From: a virus | Taxonomy: Duplodnaviria > Caudoviricetes | DNA length: 54,158 bases | Direction: 5' to 3' (one strand) | IMG/VR virus record: IMGVR_UViG_3300022200_000061 | Span: 1-54,158 of that record | Part shown: one piece after another, positions 47,703-54,158 of the stretch | Layout of the letters: every line of letters starts with the position of its first letter | How positions within the stretch are numbered: the stretch's first letter is position 1 | Made by a program: the position numbers and the translations under genes | Notes under the pieces: generated by a model | Told to the model about the DNA's origin: nothing | Seen by the model: only the letters and a program-made list of their open reading frames with translations | Database searches by the model: none

Positions 47703-47868
47703 AAGTGCAACGACTATCCCGAAAGGGAGTAGGATCAAGTGATCCGAAGCGGTTCGCTCGGCATAGCCGATGATGATATAGTCTGATCTGCATAGGAATA
47801 TGCAGCAGCTTCGTAACTAACAGGGCAACGAAGCGGGGTAAGTTTAACGAACTTATCTGAACACCATG

Positions 47869-48798
47869 TGTTGTGAAATCGCACTCAAGCCCTACCAATT
47901 CTGTAACCTTACTGAAATCAATACCTCTAACATCGTTGATCAGGATGACTTTAACCAACGAGCCAGCGATGCAGCATTCCTTGGCACTCTTCAAGCAGGG
48001 TACACAAACTTCCACTACTTGCGTTCTATCTGGAAGCGAACGACTGAAGAGGATGCTCTTGTCGGTGTCGGACTAACAGGTATTGCCTCTAACGCCATTA
48101 AGGAACTTGATGAGCTTGAGGCTGCTGATAAGGCCATGATGACTAACCGTCTGGTCGCATCTATGATTGGAGTTAATGTTGCCTCACGAGTTCTTACAGT
48201 TAAGCCAAGTGGAACAAGTTCTCTGGTGGTTGGCAGTAGTAGCGGTATTCATGCTTGGCATGATGATTACTATGTCCGCCGTATGCGGTTCAACAAAGAT
48301 GAAGCGATCTTTAAGTATCTCGCCCGAACAATCCCAGCTCTGGTTGAGGATGAACACTTCAACCCCGAAAAGATGGGCGTGGTTGGTATCCCACAGGCAG
48401 CTCCTAAAGGTGCTACGGTTCGTACAGAGTCTGCTCTGGATTTGTTGGAACGCACTCGTCGCTACAATGTTAATTGGGTGGGGGCTGGTCATCGCTCTGG
48501 TGATAACCGAAACAACGTCTCTGTAACCGTGTCCCTAAAGGACAATGAATGGGGTGAAGTCGGTCAGTGGATGTGGGACAATAAGGATACCTACAATGGT
48601 ATCAGCGTTCTTCCATATGATGGTGGCTCATACATTCAGGCCCCGTTTGAAACTATCACTGAGGAACAGTACAACGAGATGGTAAAGCATCTTACAGCTA
48701 TTGACCTTACCAAAGTTAATGAGGTACATGATGAGACAAACCTTGCCGCTGAAGCAGCCTGCGCTGGCGGAGCTTGTGAGATTGGCGATTTTGTATGA
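47869..48798 (+). CDS. nrdJ: Class II ribonucleotide reductase, exon 2
   Basis: CCEI, QFCNL, VKPSGTSS, C-terminal ACAGGACEI; spliced product 681 aa. Confidence 0.9.
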   Translation, partial: CCEIALKPYQFCNLTEINTSNIVDQDDFNQRASDAAFLGTLQAGYTNFHYLRSIWKRTTEEDALVGVGLTGIASNAIKELDELEAADKAMMTNRLVASMIGVNVASRVLTVKPSGTSSLVVGSSSGIHAWHDDYYVRRMRFNKDEAIFKYLARTIPALVEDEHFNPEKMGVVGIPQAAPKGATVRTESALDLLERTRRYNVNWVGAGHRSGDNRNNVSVTVSLKDNEWGEVGQWMWDNKDTYNGISVLPYDGGSYIQAPFETITEEQYNEMVKHLTAIDLTKVNEVHDETNLAAEAACAGGACEIGDFV

Positions 48799-48887
48799 GT
48801 GCGTGTATGGTTGTAGTTACACACTCTACACCAAGGACAGTGTTGAAGTAATTCACCCATCAAGAATTAAGTATGTATAGATACAAC

Positions 48888-48927
48888 AAACCCCCAACTC
48901 GGTTTCACGCCGGGAAGGGGGTTTTCT
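48888..48927. terminator. Bidirectional rho-independent terminator between converging arms
   Basis: AAACCCCC-AA-CTCGG...CCGGG-AA-GGGGGTTTT. Confidence 0.8.
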
Positions 48928-48928
48928 A

Positions 48929-49519
48929 TTAACTAGCGCCTTTAGAGACTCTAGTTACAATAACTCTGATGTCATAGATATCGAACGTGTTGTTACCACG
49001 AATGTAGAGCGTTGCTCCATTCGCCTCCCAAGTGTCGAGGGTGTATACAGCAGTACTAAGAACGACCTGTCGCTCAACACCATTCCCTTTAGGGAATGTA
49101 ATGGGCCGACGATAAAGTTCTCCGACACTACCCCCAATATCAAACCATGTTTCAAGATAGGTGGAGCCAACGTTAGTTGGTTTAGCTGTGAAGTCTACAG
49201 TGATGATAAGACTGTCGCCCTGCTTACCCTGCACCTTACCACCGACCATCATAGTCGTATAGTCTGATGGCATATACGTCTCAATCTTACTGGCTGCATC
49301 GTTAGGCAGAACAGTGTCGGTATCAGCAGCCAATTCTAGTGGACTGCCCTCAGTGTATGTACCATCGTTGTACGAAGCCCAGCCAGTGGGATTAGTCCTA
49401 GCTGCAAAGGCTGCGATGCCATCTACAACACTCTTGCGGAAGGATCGTTCATTACTAATCCCACCGCCTGTAAACCCTAGTGCTGATAGTACAGCTCTAC
49501 GGAAATCAAATTCATCCAT
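48929..49519 (-). CDS. Probable structural/fibre protein, related to 11886-12494
   Basis: Shared GW..Y.D and GD.L.I.VD motifs. Confidence 0.55.
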   Translation of the reverse strand: MDEFDFRRAVLSALGFTGGGISNERSFRKSVVDGIAAFAARTNPTGWASYNDGTYTEGSPLELAADTDTVLPNDAASKIETYMPSDYTTMMVGGKVQGKQGDSLIITVDFTAKPTNVGSTYLETWFDIGGSVGELYRRPITFPKGNGVERQVVLSTAVYTLDTWEANGATLYIRGNNTFDIYDIRVIVTRVSKGAS

Positions 49520-49755
49520 TAGTCTTTCTCCTTACTAACTTTCATGAGGGTCTTAATATCAGACCTAATTTCCACAAGCTGACTATCAATCTTATCATCA
49601 CGTCGTTCCAAGGAAGCGTGTTGTAGAATTAGCTGCTGTTTAAGCAACTGGATTTGGGTGTTGTTTGTAAACACCATGCGTACAAGGTAAATAATACCCG
49701 CAACCATCGAGGTAATAATACCGTACAGCCACATGTTGAAGTGATCCCAATTCAT
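49519..49755 (-). CDS. Small membrane protein of lysis region
   Basis: One transmembrane segment plus coiled coil. Confidence 0.6.
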   Translation of the reverse strand: MNWDHFNMWLYGIITSMVAGIIYLVRMVFTNNTQIQLLKQQLILQHASLERRDDKIDSQLVEIRSDIKTLMKVSKEKD

Positions 49756-50114
49756 CGTTTTAACACCCTCCCTACAACTTCTGAGACGAAGTAGAAAGCT
49801 ACCACCGTGTTAGTTGTATCGAGAACAAACGTTCCCGGCTTCGTCACTCCCCAACCTAGTACGCTATCCCATAGGAACAGCTTGGCTAGGAATACTACAA
49901 TGATGTAGCCAATGAGGGTACGAGGGCTCCACCACTTATCATGGATAGTGGCAGCGACCTGTACATCTCTCTTGGCTTCGAGCCGAGCAATCTCTTGCTC
50001 AGCCCTAATCCGTTCGCCATCATTCTTGGCGTTCTCTTTTGCTGTTTGCCATTTTACTAACGCGTCAGTGATTGTGTAGAATGGGTTCAGCCAATCAAGC
50101 AAACCCATGATCAA
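49752..50114 (-). CDS. Holin-like membrane protein
   Basis: Hydrophobic segments; lysis cassette. Confidence 0.55.
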   Translation of the reverse strand: MIMGLLDWLNPFYTITDALVKWQTAKENAKNDGERIRAEQEIARLEAKRDVQVAATIHDKWWSPRTLIGYIIVVFLAKLFLWDSVLGWGVTKPGTFVLDTTNTVVAFYFVSEVVGRVLKR

Positions 50115-50290
50115 TCCTTTGTGTTAGCTAGTTGGTAAACACCAAACGAACTTGCTGTACCAATGATGACATCCAGTACCACGGAATCTAGTCCCGGAAT
50201 ACGGATATCATAATAGTGCAGGGCTACTAGAGCAGCTACGCCTAGTACAGAAGCAAAGAGCTTCTTATAATTTCCCCAATTAATTTTCAT
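50111..50290 (-). CDS. Probable holin
   Basis: 59 aa from MKINWG, two transmembrane segments, directly after endolysin. Confidence 0.6.
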   Translation of the reverse strand: MKINWGNYKKLFASVLGVAALVALHYYDIRIPGLDSVVLDVIIGTASSFGVYQLANTKD

Positions 50291-50291
50291 A

Positions 50292-50909
50292 TCACTTCTT
50301 TCCGAATATAGACATAAACACACCAAGGATGGCTTTAAGCACAATTGCTAGGGCACTGGCCCCTGCACTATCCTTACCGCTCTCCACGGGCTTCTCTGTG
50401 GACTGTAGGCCATAATTAGCCTGCCTTAGTTCCTTCTCATACTTCTCAGCCAACACGGCAATGTCATTCGCCTTGTCGGTGCCATTCACTACACGACGTG
50501 CTGCCCAAAACTCAAGGAAATCTTCCTTGTCACTCTCGTCAATACCATCAATGTAGTCGTCCATGGCTTTGCCAGTGAACCAACCCTCTTTCATTCCTAC
50601 GACACAGATTTCTGCCGAGAGGTTTGGCTCCATAGCTTTATCGGGATTGTTGATTAGATCAACGTGGAAATGATCACCTGCCTTCCTGTAATTGAAATCC
50701 CATGTGAGCTGTACGAACCCACGACCATAATAAGGGTAGTAGCGGAGGTTACGCTTACGCCAACTCTCCGCATTCTTCACCCAATAAGCTTCACGAACAG
50801 GTAGGAATGTCCCATTCGTTTCCCAATGTACTGTACCTAGTACGTAGGCTACTTCGTCACGATTAAGCTCGTGCTTAAGGCAGGTGTCAATAATCAATTG
50901 TTTATGCAT
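50292..50909 (-). CDS. Endolysin, glycoside hydrolase family 19-like
   Basis: AY.LGT..WET, YYGRGFVQLTW..NY, ARRVVNGTD; amphipathic C-terminus. Confidence 0.88.
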   Translation of the reverse strand: MHKQLIIDTCLKHELNRDEVAYVLGTVHWETNGTFLPVREAYWVKNAESWRKRNLRYYPYYGRGFVQLTWDFNYRKAGDHFHVDLINNPDKAMEPNLSAEICVVGMKEGWFTGKAMDDYIDGIDESDKEDFLEFWAARRVVNGTDKANDIAVLAEKYEKELRQANYGLQSTEKPVESGKDSAGASALAIVLKAILGVFMSIFGKK

Positions 50910-50939
50910 AAGCCATACTGGCCTCCTATTGGATTGGGG

Positions 50940-51932
50940 TTATGCTGTGGGGGAAACAGTGGCCAGAGAAACGGTCAGATTGCTCGTTCCCGCAAACGTG
51001 AGCTGGTAAGTCGTGTTGCCCAGAGCGTCGATAACCTGCGTGGTATCGCCGTTGGTCGTCACGTTGGAAAGGGTTGTGGTGCCGCCCTCGTTAAAGCGAC
51101 GGCCACAGTTGCCAGCGGTGCGGCCCTCAATCACAACGCGGCAATTGTAGGAAGCCGCAGGGGCCTCAACGTTCCATGTGGCAACCCGCGTTCCGCTGCC
51201 TGGAACGACCACGATCTTGCCATCGACAACGCTGATACCGTCACCAGTGAATGTGATCAGCTCGCTCGAAATACCGCCAAGGAGGTCAGTTGGCGCGGTG
51301 TAGGCATCGGTCGCGCCATCGGCCACAGCCAGAGACAGAATGTTCTGCTCAATGGCAATCTTGCTGGCCTGATAGAAGTGGGTTCCGTCCTTGAGCAGAT
51401 ACTCTGGAACCTTATCGGCTGCTACCGAGGCAATAGCCGCAGGGCTGCCGTCGCTGATCTGGAGGAATGGGCGCCAGTCCCAGAACGCCCCGGCATTGAT
51501 GGATTTGATATGCGCCTCAATCAGCAGGGCGTCGGATAGCTCTTGCGTGGAATTGGCATCGCGACGGCTGGGCCAGCCGATCTTGCGCCAGCCGGTCAGC
51601 CAACTATTTATGCGAGTATAGGCGTCGAGAACGTCCTGAATGTCGGTGTATTGCGTATCGTTTAGCCCGCCATCCCAGACAAACGTTGGGCGGTCAGGCT
51701 CGTTGACTGCATATAGCGCGGTTTCAATATCGAAGATGGAAAGACCGCCACTGCCGTATTGGGTGATGCCAGGATAGCCGAGCAGGATTGCGCCGGTCTT
51801 TGGATCTGATGCCACTGTGCCGTTGGGGTAGCTATCGCCGCCAATGACCATAGGTTGGGGGGTGTAGCTTGAGCCCCCACCCGCTCTTCGGGTGTTTGGT
51901 AGCGATAGCGAAAGGCCGAGCATTGTACCCAT
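50940..51932 (-). CDS. SGNH hydrolase with C-terminal beta-sandwich; N-terminus of prophage-type allele
   Basis: GDSY, GSGG, GGLND, DGTH blocks; visibly more GC-rich than the phage genes. Confidence 0.85.
   Translation of the reverse strand: MGTMLGLSLSLPNTRRAGGGSSYTPQPMVIGGDSYPNGTVASDPKTGAILLGYPGITQYGSGGLSIFDIETALYAVNEPDRPTFVWDGGLNDTQYTDIQDVLDAYTRINSWLTGWRKIGWPSRRDANSTQELSDALLIEAHIKSINAGAFWDWRPFLQISDGSPAAIASVAADKVPEYLLKDGTHFYQASKIAIEQNILSLAVADGATDAYTAPTDLLGGISSELITFTGDGISVVDGKIVVVPGSGTRVATWNVEAPAASYNCRVVIEGRTAGNCGRRFNEGGTTTLSNVTTNGDTTQVIDALGNTTYQLTFAGTSNLTVSLATVSPTA
51549..51908. repeat. Imperfect direct repeat, copy 2 (copy 1 at 1-360)
   Basis: See copy 1. Confidence 0.97.
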
Positions 51933-52094
51933 TAGAGGGGCATCCAGGCGTCATTAATCAGAACGAAGCGCTTGCCGTCCTCGGGGGTCACTGTTGGCAA
52001 AGACAGGGCAAATGCCAGAATGCGGCGGATGGGGTGCATACTGTCTCTCCATATGAGAAAAGCCCTCGGCTGGTGGGCCAAGGGCTGGAATGAG

Positions 52095-52328
52095 TTAGGC
52101 AGATGGCGCCGAAAGTTCTGGGTATTTCATCCGCTCATCGCCTTCCGGCCAACCGAGTTTCTGATGCTCAGCCCCAGCAAGCGAGCAGGCGATCTCAAAC
52201 GCCAGTATCTCGCTGTCAAATTCGCCCTTGGTTTCGCTGCCGGAGGACCGTTCGCCTTGCTCGTAACGAGTGACGACGAAGCGCTCGACCTTGCGGATGC
52301 GATATTCAACCTTGGTTAGTTCAGTCAT
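52095..52328 (-). CDS. Hypothetical protein
   Basis: AAAGGA RBS, followed by terminator-like hairpin at ~52057-52087. Confidence 0.65.
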   Translation of the reverse strand: MTELTKVEYRIRKVERFVVTRYEQGERSSGSETKGEFDSEILAFEIACSLAGAEHQKLGWPEGDERMKYPELSAPSA

Positions 52329-53028
52329 AGCAGTTTCCTTTGGAAAGCGATGGCCGCAGCCACCTATTCAGCAGGATTGCCGAATGCAAAAAATCCCCTC
52401 CTGTTAGGGAGAGGCTGGGGAGGATTGGTGTCGAGCGGGCCGGGACCCGAACCCGGATGGCAGGAACTACCCCTGCCGCCGTTTCTGGCTTGCCTGCGCC
52501 GTCAGCCGCCGCTCGATTTCGTTGCCCATTGGGCTTGTTAGGTTGGCGGGGTAAGTCTTCACCCCGAGTGCGTTCCGGTCCACAGCTCCAGCGTTACGCC
52601 ATCGCCGCCCTACGCCATCTCTACCCGCCACGGGGCCTGGATCGTAAGCCCATCGGGCTAATTCCTTTGAGGCGGCTGGCCTTCCACCAACGTAAGGACG
52701 GACTATACGTCACCGTAATCCGCGCCTCAAACTCTAATTCCTCTCCGCACCTGCCAAGGCTATTGCAGCCTCTAGTAGATCGCGGGCATTGTCTCCGCCT
52801 ATGGCATCAACGGCTAGTTCGCAGAATGCAGCGAACATGGTTGCAACCTCGGCGGGGTCGTCCTCGTCTAGCTCGACAAGCTCAAGCTCGTCCATATCAA
52901 ATTCGCGCGTCTGGCTCATGGAAGCCTCGCAGAATTTAGGGCGCAAAAAAGAAAGCGCCGAACTTTGGGGGTTGGCAGGGTCCGACCGGCGAATACCGCG
53001 CAGAACATCGGATCATCCGCCAACCACT

Positions 53029-53640
53029 CTAGGCTGCTTCGCTTTGGTCGTCAACCACAATCAGGTTATCAACATCAGTGAATTCCACCGGTGTTTCTCG
53101 CCCATTGTCGCCAAGCACTACAGCCTTAACCGTACCCTTCTTGGTCACAGACAGGATGCGGGCAAGGACGCGCTGGTCTGCCGTCATTGGCGCCGTGATA
53201 TGACGCCCGACCTGCATTGAGCCGAGCTTGGCCCGACGCTCAGCCTGGCGCACATTTGGCCGCCCCTTGCGCAGTTCAGTCCGAACCGAGCGAGTGTTGC
53301 CATCCTCGTATGCCATAGAACGCTCAGCGCGCATGATTGAGGCCACTTTCTCCCTCGCGAGGGTATAGGGCCGCCCATCGACGTAAAGCACGCCCTTAAC
53401 CCCGTTGCACTGGCGGAGCGCATACCAGTTTTCAGGGCCAGCAAAGCGCATGAAAATGTACCCGGTCAAAAGCGGGCGGCGCGTGATGATTGGTTCCTTG
53501 GTCCGGTGGTGGGTCCGCACCTTCGCCAGCCGTGGCATATGAGCCCGAAAGCCGTGGCGCCGGATTTCCGCAACCGCCTTGCGCTCGCAGTTTGGGTTTG
53601 TCTGTACGATGTACCAATGGTTTTGCGTTTGCCCGTTCAT
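53029..53640 (-). CDS. NusG-family transcription antitermination protein (phage-type paralog)
   Basis: NGN domain WYIVQTNPNCERK...PLLTGYIF...GVKGVL; KOW-like C-terminus. Confidence 0.8.
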   Translation of the reverse strand: MNGQTQNHWYIVQTNPNCERKAVAEIRRHGFRAHMPRLAKVRTHHRTKEPIITRRPLLTGYIFMRFAGPENWYALRQCNGVKGVLYVDGRPYTLAREKVASIMRAERSMAYEDGNTRSVRTELRKGRPNVRQAERRAKLGSMQVGRHITAPMTADQRVLARILSVTKKGTVKAVVLGDNGRETPVEFTDVDNLIVVDDQSEAA

Positions 53641-53665
53641 AGTAGCCCCTATGGTTGGAAATGGA

Positions 53666-54037
53666 TTAGGCGGAATGCTTCTTCTTGAGAACTCGTGCCT
53701 CGCCCATGCCAAGGCGGCGCTGGACTTCTTCGACAGAGATTTTCGCGTTTGCGTCCCGCACCGACTGAATGCGCTTTCCCTCAAAGTCTGGCAGCGGCAC
53801 CGGAAAATTACAGACCCACTCCCCGAACAAGCCGATAGCGCGCATGGCTATGAACGGCAGAAGGATCAGAAACACCGGCGTGTAAAACCAGATGCCGACC
53901 ATCAGCCAAAAGGCATTCCGGTTTATCTCGCCCGCTATCTCTGGGCAGGCATGGGCAATTCGGATGTTGCGAATGTAGGTTCTGCGGATCACGATAAACC
54001 GCCAAGGGATGCCGTCAGTTAGCCAGTGCCAGCTCAT
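53666..54037 (-). CDS. Hypothetical membrane protein
   Basis: RBS and hydrophobic segment. Confidence 0.5.
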   Translation of the reverse strand: MSWHWLTDGIPWRFIVIRRTYIRNIRIAHACPEIAGEINRNAFWLMVGIWFYTPVFLILLPFIAMRAIGLFGEWVCNFPVPLPDFEGKRIQSVRDANAKISVEEVQRRLGMGEARVLKKKHSA

Positions 54038-54158
54038 CTCACTGCCCCTTGTGATCGGATGGGGGGAGAGACTTCTTGCGCGGGTAAACGAGCATCGCCA
54101 TCAAGAACGCTAGAATGCCGGTCCAGATGATTTCGCCTCGATAGGCGTCTATCCAGAT

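Larger units (their letters stand above)
47236..47868 (+). mobile_element. Group I self-splicing intron (IA2-like), 633 nt
   Basis: P1 AACCCU/GGGGUU with U.G at the 5' splice site; P7 GACTA(47712)/TAGTC(47779); P8 and P9 hairpins; terminal G at 47868; splicing restores TNP|CCEI. Confidence 0.92.
51909..54158 (-). mobile_element. GC-rich segment, probably a temperate prophage region of a host (Alphaproteobacteria-like)
   Basis: Higher GC and different codon usage than the phage genes; NusG-like gene, small ORFs, terminators. Confidence 0.6.

Noticed and set aside
47866-47868. ATG start of a separate second RNR gene
   Set aside because: The G is the intron's terminal guanosine; no RBS; splicing gives the intact NPCCE motif
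52340-52939. 199-aa plus-strand ORF
   Set aside because: Arg/Pro-rich spurious frame in GC-rich DNA, opposite to local gene orientation and overlapping RNA structures

Overview
Most of the window (1-~51,548) is an apparently complete, circularly permuted lytic podovirus genome. It has a T7-like structural and replication gene set, no phage RNA polymerase, and a phage-encoded sigma factor. Its layout resembles Zobellviridae/phiEco32-like phages (inferred from gene content only). The minus-strand structural arm encodes tailspike, terminase, portal, scaffold, capsid, tail tube, ejection proteins and lysis genes. The plus-strand early/replication arm encodes an amidoligase/ATP-grasp cluster, RNA ligase, primase-helicase, sigma factor, PolA, exonucleases, ThyX and a class II ribonucleotide reductase split by a group I intron. 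The arms diverge from a non-coding region at ~21.0-21.95 kb (probable genome end) and converge on a bidirectional terminator at ~48.9 kb. Bases 1-360 are a patchy near-copy of 51549-51908. Beyond that point the sequence becomes GC-rich, prophage-like DNA with a NusG-like gene, so the phage shares an SGNH-hydrolase gene with a host prophage (integration or assembly chimera). The most unusual non-coding features are a ~340-nt highly structured RNA directly behind the first early promoter, a tRNA body lacking its anticodon loop, clustered sigma54 and IHF sites at the probable genome end, and a four-copy bipartite promoter motif (CTCACAAACA-N12-GGTATA) that also precedes both homing endonuclease genes.
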